From a virus, in IMG/VR virus record IMGVR_UViG_3300037245_000806, positions 64,001-128,000 of that record: a stretch of DNA of 64,000 nt. One strand, written 5' to 3'. Positions 46,840-56,746 of the stretch are shown here, one piece after another; position 1 is the stretch's first letter; each line of letters begins with the position of its first letter. The position numbers and the translations under genes were made by a program. Below the pieces are notes generated by a model. The model had not been told where the DNA came from and did no database searches. It worked only from the letters and a program-made list of their open reading frames with translations.

Positions 46840-48785
46840 TTGGCTTCGTCCTTCCCCGTGTCTTCGTCCTTCTCAGCGTCTTCGTCCTCGTTGATCGGAG
46901 GCGCAACCTTGAGCGCCGCCATGTCCTCCTTGAGCAACTTCGCTTCCTTGTCGTCCTCGTAATCGTCTTCCAACAACTTCCCGGCGACAACAGGAGGCAG
47001 AATGCTCGGGTCGGTCTGCTGGAACGCACGACGCACCAACATGCTAACCTGCGCGTCCTTAGCGTCTGCCTCGTCAGCTGCCTCGTTGACTTCGTCTTCG
47101 TAGTAGTACGCTAGGTCGCCAACAACCTTCCGAAGCTCAGGGCTGCGGTGCATCATCTTGGCGATCTCAAGCTGCTCATTCGGGCTGACCGAAGTGAACC
47201 CGGTTGGCGTCATGTCCTCCATGATTGCGTTACGCGCGTCTGGGTTCATGGCCAACAGCGTACCCCTGACGCGGGGTGACAGGTTCTCCATACCTCCGAA
47301 GCCTTCACCACCACCACCAGCAGCAGCAGCGGCAGGCTCGACCGGCGTCTTGGAAATAAGCTTCAGCACAAGGTCTTCAGGAAGCTTCGCGTAGTTCAGG
47401 AGAATGTAAATCGCCCACACCTTCGGGTCCAACTGCATGTCGGCGGCGAGTCTGCTCATCGACTCCACGATCTGGTACCGCAGCTGGACGAGTTCAAGCC
47501 GCTCCCACTCGTCCAAGTACGATATCGGCGACATCTGTACAAGGAATTCCTTGTCAGGCTGATGGAAGTCATAGGTGTCATCGTTGGGCTCAGTCGGGAG
47601 CAACGTGTAGTGTATTTCTAGCGTCTGCCTGATCCCATATATCGTTGACCGCTGAAGACGCTTCGCACTGCGCGCGAACCGCACGTCCTGCTGGACAAGC
47701 GTTGCCTTCGCGTTGATCTCGCCCTCGAAGCCGAAGTACGCCTTGGGCACCTTGGCGGTACCGAAGAACTTGTCGCGGAAGTGTTCGAGGTCGTACAACT
47801 CGCCCATATTACCCGCGCCGGAAAGCGTCTCGATACGCGTGTTGTTATTCGGGCGCATCGCCACGAAGACATCTTCCAGCGGCGTCAGAGGATTATACTG
47901 CTTCTTGTAGTTGGGGCTCGACGGATCAATGAACTCAAGCTTCCTGAACCGCTTCCGCCAACTGTTGAGGTACGAAACAGCGTCGTGCTCCTCCATATTC
48001 CCGACGTCAACCATCACAAGATTGCGGTCCGGTGCGCGCCGCATCCGGTACATGAGCACACTGTCCTCGGCGAGGGTGAGTTGCCGCCACGGTCGGAATA
48101 GAGCGTCCAGTATCGCGGTGCCGTATCCGGCCTCCTCGTACTTGCCTAGCAACCGGAAGTGTACGTAGTCCCACGGCCACGAAACCTTCCGCTTCTTCTG
48201 CCGATACTTCTGGCCGTCTTCCCTGAAGCCGATCAAGCGGCCATACTTATCTTCAAGTCGATGCACCTTGCTAGACGATGCCACCTTCCAGCCGAGCACA
48301 CCCTTGCCTGTCTGATAGATCAACCGCTGGAATGCGTCACCGAGCTTGCCTGTCCGACGCGTTATGAACTGGACCCGGTCTTCCATCTGCGTGTTACGCA
48401 GGCACTCGTTACCGGCAGTGATCATGGCCTTCGACTTGGATTCGATCCACACGGAAACACCACGGTCGTAATCACGCTGGGTGGCTTCTTCCGCGTACAC
48501 GTCGAGGATAGCTGAGACGAGACCGAACGTATCCATCTCTGAAAAGATGCGATACCGCTCCTTGCGATCACGCGCGATGCTGAGGTAGTTGGTATACCAT
48601 TCCTGCGACTGCTCCGCGAGGGCGGCAGCTTCGTCACCATCGCCGGTAACAGTCACCGGGTGCGAGTGGCGTCCAAACAATCCAGTGAGTCGCCAAAACC
48701 ACCCAACTTGGTGGGGGTCGGCCAAGCGCTGCTCACCGGAGTAACTCGGCACAGGCTTCTTTACTTGATCCTGAAGACCGGGCAC
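46836..48785 (-). CDS. portal protein (T4 gp20-like)
   Basis: WRQL.LAEDS.L.YRMRRAPDR....VDVGNM, EDVF, IETL.GA.N.GE..D..HF..K, QDVRFAR. Confidence 0.92.
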   Translation of the reverse strand: MPGLQDQVKKPVPSYSGEQRLADPHQVGWFWRLTGLFGRHSHPVTVTGDGDEAAALAEQSQEWYTNYLSIARDRKERYRIFSEMDTFGLVSAILDVYAEEATQRDYDRGVSVWIESKSKAMITAGNECLRNTQMEDRVQFITRRTGKLGDAFQRLIYQTGKGVLGWKVASSSKVHRLEDKYGRLIGFREDGQKYRQKKRKVSWPWDYVHFRLLGKYEEAGYGTAILDALFRPWRQLTLAEDSVLMYRMRRAPDRNLVMVDVGNMEEHDAVSYLNSWRKRFRKLEFIDPSSPNYKKQYNPLTPLEDVFVAMRPNNNTRIETLSGAGNMGELYDLEHFRDKFFGTAKVPKAYFGFEGEINAKATLVQQDVRFARSAKRLQRSTIYGIRQTLEIHYTLLPTEPNDDTYDFHQPDKEFLVQMSPISYLDEWERLELVQLRYQIVESMSRLAADMQLDPKVWAIYILLNYAKLPEDLVLKLISKTPVEPAAAAAGGGGEGFGGMENLSPRVRGTLLAMNPDARNAIMEDMTPTGFTSVSPNEQLEIAKMMHRSPELRKVVGDLAYYYEDEVNEAADEADAKDAQVSMLVRRAFQQTDPSILPPVVAGKLLEDDYEDDKEAKLLKEDMAALKVAPPINEDEDAEKDEDTGKDEAK

Positions 48786-48818
48786 TGGCTTGTCCTTCCT
48801 CGTAGTTCACAATCGCGG

Positions 48819-48847
48819 AGTATAAGGCACGACATGAACTCAGTCCA
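48819..48847 (-). promoter_or_regulatory. promoter TGGACT-17-TATACT upstream of portal
   Basis: -35 48842-48847, -10 48819-48824. Confidence 0.55.
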
Positions 48848-48854
48848 GCAAAAT

Positions 48855-50942
48855 TCAGTCGTCCATGGTCAAATTCGCCACGTCAACTCTAACGCCGCCG
48901 ATCTCCCGCACAGCACGCTTGGCCTGCGCATGCAAGTCAACGCCGCTGTCCGGGTCAACGATCTGCCGTATGATCTTGTCGTCAATGTCCTCAATGTCCA
49001 CCAGCGTGGCCCCGGCGATAGCGCGGTCGTCGGTCATGCACGCGTACACAACGCCAGCCACAGCATCACTGACATCCTTGGTACCTTTGCCACCATGCGT
49101 TGCTCGCGTCGGGTGATCGACCTTCTGCTTCTTGGCGTTCCGCTCTAGGTCAAGCAACTCACGGATATAGGGCTCGTAGCTGTACATGGCAATACGACGA
49201 TCAAAGTGTGCGGCGCGAAGACTGAGGTACGGTTCGTCTGACTTGTCAACAGACTGAAGCTTCGCGTCGTAACCAGCCTTCCGCAGAAGCTGCTTGCAGT
49301 CGGCACTCTGAAAACCGTCGAAGGTTATCATGGTCAGCGGGTACAGTTTGGCGATGTAGTACACAAACGACCTGATCTTCTCCAAGTCGATTTCGGAGCC
49401 GGGTGGAGGATTGATCCTGAGCATGAAGTCGATGATGATAAACGGGTATTCGGATACAGACCGCGTACCGTCAGGCTTCATCTTCTCCTTGCGAATGAGC
49501 CCACTCACGTGCCCCATCGCAATACCGGCGCAGTCGCCTGAGAGCGAGAGGTCAATGTGCATGAACCTCGCGGCCATGGGGTTCAAGCGCGGGGTCCAAT
49601 TTGACTCGCTGATACGACACGCGATGTTCACGACGAAAAACTCGTCAAGCATGATATCGTCTTGGTAGTCGATCATGGCCTCATGCTTGGTGAACGGATG
49701 TATGAGCGAATCGCGAACAGCATCGAATATAGACTGCCTGTCGCGCACCAGCGGCGAGATGTTGAACGTTGCCACACCGGCTATGTCCCGCAGGTTCTGG
49801 TCAACGTCTTCGTCAAACACGGAACGGAAGTCACCGGGGATGCCGCCAATTATCTTCGCGCCAGCCCGTGGCTCCTCGTCGTCATCAAGAATACGACTCT
49901 GAGAAACACGGTCCCCAACCTGAACACGGAAAGGCGGAAGCTTGAACTTCGACTTCGCCTTGACCTCCCACAGAGCGTAGTCTGATACAAACGTATGCGG
50001 CGAGTCCTGCACCTTCTTGAGCCGCGTCTCAAGGAAACTCGTCTGCGCGTTCCTCGACGACATCAACAGCATGATGCCGGGTATAGCCCCGCCGGGACGC
50101 AGGAAGCGTGACGTGATTCTTGAGTGTGTCGCGTTGTACAGTTCGTATGCCTGCCCGGCGATGATACCACGCTCGTTATCGCGCTTCTCACGCATGAAGT
50201 TGACTTCGTCCATGCTGAACGCGAACAGGTCAAGGCCAAGCGCGTGGAGTTCCTGCGACCCCGGTATGACTTGGAGATTCTGCCCGCCGGGCTTGAAGTC
50301 GATCTTGGAATCAATCTTCATGGAACGGGGGAACTCTTTGCGAAAGTACGGACTCGTGTCGATCCAGCCGCGCAGCTTGAAGTACCCCGTGTCCGCGACC
50401 TGTCGCTTCGTGATTGAGTAGATACCGAAGATCAGAAGCGAGCCGGGCAAGAGCCCGTAGTAGCGCGCTGGGTCGCGAAGACAAGACATACGCTGAAGCA
50501 GGTACCCCAGCGCGGTCATGGCGAGCGTGGTTTTCCCAATCCCGATAGCCCCGGTGATTATCCACTCAAATATCTTGCTGCCGGGCTTGAACACCTCGTT
50601 CAGGTCTTCAACCCACCTCGGGTGCAAGTCCTTGCATATGAGCCCGAAGTAATGGTCGTCATTGATGAACGTATGGATATCCACGGGCTTCCTGCGGTAG
50701 TCAACCTCCCACAGAGTATCGTGTACGATGTTATTGCTCTTGTCCTCGATGATAGCTTCGGAGAGCCACGCCAAGACGATCTTACGCTCATGCGTGCTCA
50801 AGCCGTCGAAGGTTTCGCGGTCGGTGTGAATAGCCTCTTCGGCTATACGTGTGAAGAGCCGCTCGGACTCGTCACCTAGACACGACTTGGGGAGCTTGAG
50901 TAGTGTCCCCGGCTTGCGTGCTTTAGGTCGCTTCTTCGCCAT
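48855..50942 (-). CDS. terL: terminase large subunit
   Basis: Walker A TGAIGIGKT, Walker B MDEVNF, RNase H-like HIDLS..GD, TFDGFQS, KVDHP...KDVSDAVAG; directly upstream of portal. Confidence 0.9.
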   Translation of the reverse strand: MAKKRPKARKPGTLLKLPKSCLGDESERLFTRIAEEAIHTDRETFDGLSTHERKIVLAWLSEAIIEDKSNNIVHDTLWEVDYRRKPVDIHTFINDDHYFGLICKDLHPRWVEDLNEVFKPGSKIFEWIITGAIGIGKTTLAMTALGYLLQRMSCLRDPARYYGLLPGSLLIFGIYSITKRQVADTGYFKLRGWIDTSPYFRKEFPRSMKIDSKIDFKPGGQNLQVIPGSQELHALGLDLFAFSMDEVNFMREKRDNERGIIAGQAYELYNATHSRITSRFLRPGGAIPGIMLLMSSRNAQTSFLETRLKKVQDSPHTFVSDYALWEVKAKSKFKLPPFRVQVGDRVSQSRILDDDEEPRAGAKIIGGIPGDFRSVFDEDVDQNLRDIAGVATFNISPLVRDRQSIFDAVRDSLIHPFTKHEAMIDYQDDIMLDEFFVVNIACRISESNWTPRLNPMAARFMHIDLSLSGDCAGIAMGHVSGLIRKEKMKPDGTRSVSEYPFIIIDFMLRINPPPGSEIDLEKIRSFVYYIAKLYPLTMITFDGFQSADCKQLLRKAGYDAKLQSVDKSDEPYLSLRAAHFDRRIAMYSYEPYIRELLDLERNAKKQKVDHPTRATHGGKGTKDVSDAVAGVVYACMTDDRAIAGATLVDIEDIDDKIIRQIVDPDSGVDLHAQAKRAVREIGGVRVDVANLTMDD

Positions 50943-50943
50943 A

Positions 50944-51639
50944 TCACGTTGCCGCCTTGGCCTTCTTCTTCACGCGCTTCTTCTTCTTCACGTGCGTCTT
51001 CTTCTTCTTCTTCTTCTTCGCACCGGACGGGAGGGCCTTGGCTGCCCGCTCCTTCATTGCCGGGAGCTTCTTCGACAGGATATCAATGGCGGTTCGACAC
51101 CGCTCGCGCGACAGAGCCTTCTCCTCTTCAGTCTCGTGCGTGGGGTCATCTTCAATCTGAATCTTGACCTCCTCGGCTGAAGCGAAGGTCAAGTTCACGT
51201 TGACAGCCGCGCGATCTGAAATCTGAACCCCGCCCTTGCCCTCGGCAGTCACGCCTATGCGATCCAGTATTTCCTTCGCGGCAGATACCTGTGTCGTAGT
51301 AGGGCCGGTCTCCATGAGAACCGGCTTCCCAGAAACATCGTTGAGGATATGGCCATTCTTGTCGCGGGCATAGATAGGACCGGCCAACGCAGCTGCCAAG
51401 ACAGACGTAGCGCCGGTACCGAAGCGACCGAGCTGGCGCTTCAGCCCGTACTTCATGCGGGCGGCTAGACCTTCAGCATCCCTGAACGACTTGACAAGCT
51501 CTTCTGCTTCAAGCTTCACATCCGGGCGAGCAAAGAACTTCTCAATCTGGTCGCCATTCCAACCCTCCTCGAAAAGCGCAGAAGGGCCACGCATGAACGC
51601 CGTCTCGATAGATGTACGCTCAGTGGCATTCAAAGGCAC
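50944..51639 (-). CDS. probable terminase small subunit with poly-Lys tail
   Basis: Immediately upstream of terL; helical with SAAKEILDRIG motif. Confidence 0.55.
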   Translation of the reverse strand: MPLNATERTSIETAFMRGPSALFEEGWNGDQIEKFFARPDVKLEAEELVKSFRDAEGLAARMKYGLKRQLGRFGTGATSVLAAALAGPIYARDKNGHILNDVSGKPVLMETGPTTTQVSAAKEILDRIGVTAEGKGGVQISDRAAVNVNLTFASAEEVKIQIEDDPTHETEEEKALSRERCRTAIDILSKKLPAMKERAAKALPSGAKKKKKKKTHVKKKKRVKKKAKAAT

Positions 51640-51660
51640 GGGCTACCCCTTGACACAGTG

Positions 51661-52083
51661 TTACGCGCTCTTACTGCGAAGGGCGCTCTTGAGGCTGGGG
51701 GAAAGCACGAACCGCACGTGCTTCCGCCGTGGTGTATCCTGCATCTCGCCGGTCTCCGGGTGACGGTACCGCGTTGGCTTCTTCATGAACGGCTCCAACG
51801 TTCCGATATTCGTCAGCGCAACCGGCTTGCCCTTACGTAGTGTGCCCCGTATCTTGTCCAGAATCAAGGCCCACAAAGACTGCGCCTCGTCACCGTCGAG
51901 CTTGAGCTTCTTGCTGAGGTATATCTCCATCCCGCGCCGGGTCAGCTTACCGCGTTTACTAAAGCCCTCACCCTTCGCTTTGGCACTGCCAGCAGATTTT
52001 CCACCGCGCTTACCACCACGCGCTCCCCGCTTGGTCGCTCCACTCGCAACAGCGGTCCGTGTTCTGGTTTTAGTGTCAGACAT
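51661..52083 (-). CDS. HU/IHF family DNA-binding protein
   Basis: G.PVALTNIGTL.......R.P.TGE.......VRF..S..LK; AAGGAG RBS. Confidence 0.85.
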   Translation of the reverse strand: MSDTKTRTRTAVASGATKRGARGGKRGGKSAGSAKAKGEGFSKRGKLTRRGMEIYLSKKLKLDGDEAQSLWALILDKIRGTLRKGKPVALTNIGTLEPFMKKPTRYRHPETGEMQDTPRRKHVRFVLSPSLKSALRSKSA

Positions 52084-52487
52084 TGTGCGGTCTCCTTATC
52101 CACGACCACGTAGACCCGGCGGTGCGGTCTCGTGAAAAACATCAGCGGCGTGGCGGCCACTTTTGCAGCTTGCTTCTTGCACTGGTCCCACCAGCCCCAC
52201 GGGGGCCACTTCGGGTTCATCAGGATGCCATCGAGTTCCCAACCCTTTTGACTCTTACACTCGACACAGAAGGGACAGACAATCCCCATCGCAGCCGTGT
52301 GTAGTATATCACCCTGCCCGTTCCAGTGACCCACCAGAGGCATGCGGTCAGTCGAAGCCCGCCGGAACGGCAAGTCAAACACCGTGAACTGCTTCGTGTC
52401 AACGTACTCGTCAGACACGAGCCACACCGACAAGAGTCGGCAGACCTTGTTCTCGAAGAGGTTACCCTTTATTCGACCGTCTACCAT
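51942..52487 (-). CDS. PD-(D/E)xK Holliday junction resolvase-like nuclease
   Basis: KG..FEN.V...LS.W, GDI, VECK, WW.QC..QA, PL.FF. Confidence 0.8.
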   Translation of the reverse strand: MVDGRIKGNLFENKVCRLLSVWLVSDEYVDTKQFTVFDLPFRRASTDRMPLVGHWNGQGDILHTAAMGIVCPFCVECKSQKGWELDGILMNPKWPPWGWWDQCKKQAAKVAATPLMFFTRPHRRVYVVVDKETAQCLTLKPEHGPLLRVERPSGERVVVSAVENLLAVPKRRVRALVNAVS

Positions 52488-52505
52488 GTGTAGTTCCTTA
52501 CACAC

Positions 52506-52535
52506 ACCATACCGCACCCTGTGGTGGTCCGTCAA
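52506..52535 (-). promoter_or_regulatory. promoter TTGACG-18-TATGGT
   Basis: A-tract upstream; precedes the resolvase RBS. Confidence 0.5.
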
Positions 52536-52587
52536 GTGATTTTTTGTTGTATGACGCGGAAAATTAGGGGGGCTAATCTGTGTAGGA

Positions 52588-54597
52588 TCAGCGTTTAGAG
52601 GCCTTCTGCGGCTTCTTCTTTCTCTTCACCTTCTTGGTCACCTTCTTGACCACCTTCTTCTTCGCCTTCTTCGTCACGCCTTTGCGCTTCACGCCAAGAT
52701 TCTTCGTGACGCCCTTCGCCGCACCCTCAATAATGGCACGACCCTCCTTGTGGCACACGAGCACAACCCGGTCAGCTACGGGCTTAATCCTTTTGTCGTG
52801 CGTAATGAGCGACACGGGACATACGGCGGCGATACCCTGCAAAAGCTCGCAGATGGTATCGGCCCCCGCCGGGTCAAGGCCGTCAAATATCTCGTCCATG
52901 AACAACTGCGAGAAGGCGCGCACTTGTCGTGTAGACACAAGCTCCCTGAAAGCAAGGAGGAGCGACAGGTCCATGCGCTTCTTCTGACCACGTGAAGCAC
53001 CGGCATAGCTCTCGGTACACTGCGGGATGGAACCCTCGACGGTGAGATTCTCCCGCACCACGTCCTTCGTCTTGAGCGCCTTCGTGGCATTCAGCTTAAC
53101 GACCGCCCCGATCCCAAGAAGCTCCTGCGCATACGTAGTCGCCAGCCTGTTGATCTCCGGTATCTCTGCCTCGATCAAGAACGACTTGAGCCCTCGATTG
53201 CCAAAACCCTCAACCCAGAACTCTAGATCGTCTGAACGCTTCTTGACCTCTGCGTACTCTTCGTCAACCGCCTGCAAGGACTCCTCTGCCGACTCCACCG
53301 CAGTCGTTAGCTCGGTCACCTGCGTATCGACCCGCTGCTGTGCCTCCTCCATCTCAGACGCGCGAGCCTCCGCGACCTTCGCGTCATTGTTGGCAGCGTT
53401 AAGCTCCTCCTTCACGCCCTCAATCTTAGCGTAAAGCTCAGCGATTTCCGGGGGCTTCTCGGGGGCCTCGGGCTCGACGAGCTTGCCCTCTTCCTTGTCT
53501 ATGCCTGCGAGCTTGGTCACACAACACTTAACTGACTTCTCTGCGACCTCGATCTCCTCGACGTAGCGCTTGCCGCATTCGTCCGCGCGCTTCTTCGCCA
53601 GCTTCTGCTCACACTCCGGGCAATTCTTCCCGGCGAGCTTGTCAAACTTCGCCTTCTTCTTGAGCGCAGCAGACTGCTTGGTCTTCAGCCCCGCGCGCTC
53701 CTGCTTGACGCGCATGCGCTTCTGCGACAACGCCAGCAACGCATCGTCGTACTCCTCGTGCGCTTCGTCGTACTGTACGACTGCCTCGTCATGTGCGGCC
53801 ACGTTCAGGTCGTGGACATCCGTCAACGTGTCCCTTTGCTTGACGTGCTTCGTCGCCGTCTTCCGAAGACGCTTCGCCTCCAACCTGAGTCGCTTTGCCT
53901 TGAACTCAACATCGTCTTCCTTCTCAGCGGTGAGGAAGGAGTTCAAAAGCTGTCGCCGCTCCCCGATGGTGCCCTGAAGCCTTGTACGTTGTAGTGTCAA
54001 GCGCTCAACATCTTCGGACACTTCAGTCAGCATCTTCCGGGCAAGCTTCTCTGCGCTCGAATACAGTTCCAGCCCGAGGATGCGCTCAAGCACCTTCTTC
54101 CGGTCGCTGTCGGTTGCTGCGAAGAAGCTCTTGATATCCTCGTGAACGCCGAAAGCCACTGAGTTGCAGAAGGACGTGAAGTCCATCCCGACGAGCTTCG
54201 CTATCGCCAGCGTCGTGGCACCGTTCGTGCCCCGCGTCTTGTTCTTGCCGTTGACGTAGAGGAGTACCTTGTCACCGTTCATGGGGTGCTTCCGGTACCT
54301 GACGATCTTGATAGCCGCTGGGCCACCGACAAGGTTGACTTCGACCGAGCAACCGGCCTTCGACGCGAGGTGTATCACCTCGTTACCCTTGTACTTCTCG
54401 CGTATACACCGACCGAAGAGCGCCCATGCAGGGCCGTCGAACAGGAAGGACTTGCCCGCGCCATTCGAGTTGCAACCACGCTTGCCTTCGATGGAGCCCT
54501 CAATGACAGTGAGGCCCGGCGTATCGAAGTCATGCGTCACATTCTCGAAGGGGCCAAAGTTCTTGTAGTTGACAACGCCTATACGGTATCCGGTCAT
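52588..54597 (-). CDS. Rad50/SbcC-like (T4 gp46-like) ATPase
   Basis: NFGPF, SNGAGKS Walker A, CPEC zinc hook, S(R)GQ signature, FMDEIFDGLD, ITHD. Confidence 0.93.
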   Translation of the reverse strand: MTGYRIGVVNYKNFGPFENVTHDFDTPGLTVIEGSIEGKRGCNSNGAGKSFLFDGPAWALFGRCIREKYKGNEVIHLASKAGCSVEVNLVGGPAAIKIVRYRKHPMNGDKVLLYVNGKNKTRGTNGATTLAIAKLVGMDFTSFCNSVAFGVHEDIKSFFAATDSDRKKVLERILGLELYSSAEKLARKMLTEVSEDVERLTLQRTRLQGTIGERRQLLNSFLTAEKEDDVEFKAKRLRLEAKRLRKTATKHVKQRDTLTDVHDLNVAAHDEAVVQYDEAHEEYDDALLALSQKRMRVKQERAGLKTKQSAALKKKAKFDKLAGKNCPECEQKLAKKRADECGKRYVEEIEVAEKSVKCCVTKLAGIDKEEGKLVEPEAPEKPPEIAELYAKIEGVKEELNAANNDAKVAEARASEMEEAQQRVDTQVTELTTAVESAEESLQAVDEEYAEVKKRSDDLEFWVEGFGNRGLKSFLIEAEIPEINRLATTYAQELLGIGAVVKLNATKALKTKDVVRENLTVEGSIPQCTESYAGASRGQKKRMDLSLLLAFRELVSTRQVRAFSQLFMDEIFDGLDPAGADTICELLQGIAAVCPVSLITHDKRIKPVADRVVLVCHKEGRAIIEGAAKGVTKNLGVKRKGVTKKAKKKVVKKVTKKVKRKKKPQKASKR

Positions 54598-54730
54598 CGC
54601 TTACTCCCAAAGTTGATCCTGAGCCCAAGCCAAAAGAACGGTTGCAGGTACAGGTGCTTGTGCCGCCGGTCGTAGTAATACCCGAACCAGCCATCGTACC
54701 ACGCCACGTACAGCTTGAAGCGCCAGAGCT

Positions 54731-55336
54731 TCATCGTTCACTCCGAAGCTTCTTGAAGAAGCCCACCAGCGTGGTGAACATCTCCTGCTCTGGCGGGAGC
54801 CTGTTGGGTGCATACCACCCCCACCCGTCGCACAGGTCGGGCTCCTCATTCACCGGATTCTGATGCGCCGTGCAGCCCATGAAAATCACCGGCTGGCAGA
54901 TACCAGCATCCGGGCGAACATCATCCTGCACGTCAATCACGTGAAGATTGTACAGACGATAAATGCCCGTCTCTTCCCTCACCTCGCGGCGCGCGCATAC
55001 CCCGATGGACTCACCACGTCGCATGTGCCCGCCGGGTAGTCCGAAGAGCCCTGACCCTTCAGCATCCTTGCCACGTCGCCCAAGGAGCACCTTGCCCGTG
55101 GCCTTGTACTGAATCGCCACAGCCACAATGACATCCGGGCGCTCGACTGCGTTGTCGCGCTCGACAAGCGCACGGTCCACCATACGAGTCAGCGCGCCAA
55201 CAGCGTCCTGCTCCTCCGGGTGACGCTCCAAGAAGCCCTCAGTCAAGTCGAGTAGTAGCTTGGCCTCCTCGTACTCAGGAGTACCTTCAAGCCGTTCGAC
55301 TTCTCCCTTGAACCACTCGGACATCTTGCGTTCCAT
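54731..55336 (-). CDS. Nudix hydrolase with N-terminal extension
   Basis: PGGHMRRGESIGVCARREVREETG Nudix box; EPDLCDGW.W. Confidence 0.88.
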   Translation of the reverse strand: MERKMSEWFKGEVERLEGTPEYEEAKLLLDLTEGFLERHPEEQDAVGALTRMVDRALVERDNAVERPDVIVAVAIQYKATGKVLLGRRGKDAEGSGLFGLPGGHMRRGESIGVCARREVREETGIYRLYNLHVIDVQDDVRPDAGICQPVIFMGCTAHQNPVNEEPDLCDGWGWYAPNRLPPEQEMFTTLVGFFKKLRSER

Positions 55337-55344
55337 CGCGCCCC

Positions 55345-55875
55345 CTAGAAGATATTCGATATGAACCAATCGCGGTCCGCACGCCGCCCAAGGCAGGCCA
55401 CGGCATTCTGCGCCGTCATCCGTGCCATCTTCTCGACGAAGGGGCGGTACTGCATACGACCACAGGTGAGCGTGACACTGACCTTGGCAATCCTGCCGTT
55501 GGGGTCATCGTGGATGAGGCGCTCCAAGGCGTACTCGCGCGCTTGCAGCTTGTCGTACATCTCGTCACGCGAACATATCGAGGCAGCGAACGTGTACACG
55601 CCGTCCACCTCACGCATGACAACGCAGACGCCCCCGTGGCCGTCACGCATCGGGTTGTATATCGACCTGTAGTGGAAGTACCTGACACCCTCGACCGAGT
55701 TGACGCTGGCCTTCTTCTTGTCGCGCTCAGCCTTCCTGCGTGCGTGCTTCGCGTTGAGCACCTTGCGCTTCTCGGCGGTGCGCGCCAGACTTGCGCCCTT
55801 CTCAGCAAGCCACTGCGAAAGGGCCACCTCAGCCGACAGACTGCGCCAAGCCTTACTCTGGTCTTCGGACGTCAT
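55345..55875 (-). CDS. hypothetical phage protein
   Basis: GG...V......FA.SICS..E.Y.K..AR..A..R motif; coupled ORF. Confidence 0.65.
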   Translation of the reverse strand: MTSEDQSKAWRSLSAEVALSQWLAEKGASLARTAEKRKVLNAKHARRKAERDKKKASVNSVEGVRYFHYRSIYNPMRDGHGGVCVVMREVDGVYTFAASICSRDEMYDKLQAREYALERLIHDDPNGRIAKVSVTLTCGRMQYRPFVEKMARMTAQNAVACLGRRADRDWFISNIF

Positions 55876-56357
55876 GCCTTTTTCCCTTCTGCTTTGTCAC
55901 TCAGCCATCGAGCGATAGCCTCGGTCTGTGTCATCACTATCTCCCCGGCAACATAGCCCCATATGGGAAGCTCCCCACCGGAGACCATCGAAGGCCACCA
56001 GTTGTCCATCCAATCTTCGAGGAGCTTCCGGTGACACACCCCGTAGTGCTGCGCGACCGGGCGCAGCAGAAACGCAATCCACTTCTGCCACGTGTCCAGC
56101 TGATACCGGTGAATCATCCCGGCAGGCGGCATGTGCATGAGCATCTCTTCGAGCCCGACGAGCGCGAAGAGTTCGTTATCCTCCTTGTCAAGAGGATCGT
56201 CACCCGGATTCGGGGGCTTCAGCGGAAAGAGGCAGTTGTCAATCAGCAGCCCCTCGTGCTCCGCGCCCTCGGTGATCCCCTTGACCACGCGGAATTCCTT
56301 GTGCGTGTCGAGACCTGCTTTCATGATCTCGTGGGCGATCTTCTCTGGACCCGTCAT
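55872..56357 (-). CDS. hypothetical protein
   Basis: Coupled by ATGA overlaps on both sides. Confidence 0.65.
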   Translation of the reverse strand: MTGPEKIAHEIMKAGLDTHKEFRVVKGITEGAEHEGLLIDNCLFPLKPPNPGDDPLDKEDNELFALVGLEEMLMHMPPAGMIHRYQLDTWQKWIAFLLRPVAQHYGVCHRKLLEDWMDNWWPSMVSGGELPIWGYVAGEIVMTQTEAIARWLSDKAEGKKA

Positions 56358-56746
56358 CCTTGGGCCTCATCCTTCACCTTGAGGAAGTAGCGCCGCTTGA
56401 ACTCCTCCACGGTGAAATGGAAGACGTCCGAACGCTTCTTGCCGGGCCACTGGCAGAGCACCTGCGTCTGGGGCTCGTACTGCGATGCCAGCCTCTCTGC
56501 ACTCCTCTCCGTGGTGACGAGCCCTGCGGGCGTTATCACAATGAACGCATTGTGTAGCCGCTTTTCGCACGTCAGGGTATCGGTCAGCCTGAAGAAGTCT
56601 TCCAAGTCATGCCGAACGCCCGAGAATATCAGCGTCGTGGACGAGAGAGGCACAGGCGTAACCGGCTTGGCCTTCTTCGGCGCAACCTTCTTCTTCTTGG
56701 CAACCTTCTTCTTCGGCCCCTTGGCCTTCTTCTTCTTCGCACTCAT
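56354..56746 (-). CDS. hypothetical protein with Lys-rich N-terminus
   Basis: KKKVAKKKKVAPKKAK; QWPGK.RSD.F motif. Confidence 0.65.
   Translation of the reverse strand: MSAKKKKAKGPKKKVAKKKKVAPKKAKPVTPVPLSSTTLIFSGVRHDLEDFFRLTDTLTCEKRLHNAFIVITPAGLVTTERSAERLASQYEPQTQVLCQWPGKKRSDVFHFTVEEFKRRYFLKVKDEAQG

Noticed and set aside
48855-50942. Intein or intron in terL or the helicase
   Set aside because: Lengths are normal and no C...HN or LAGLIDADG motifs were seen.
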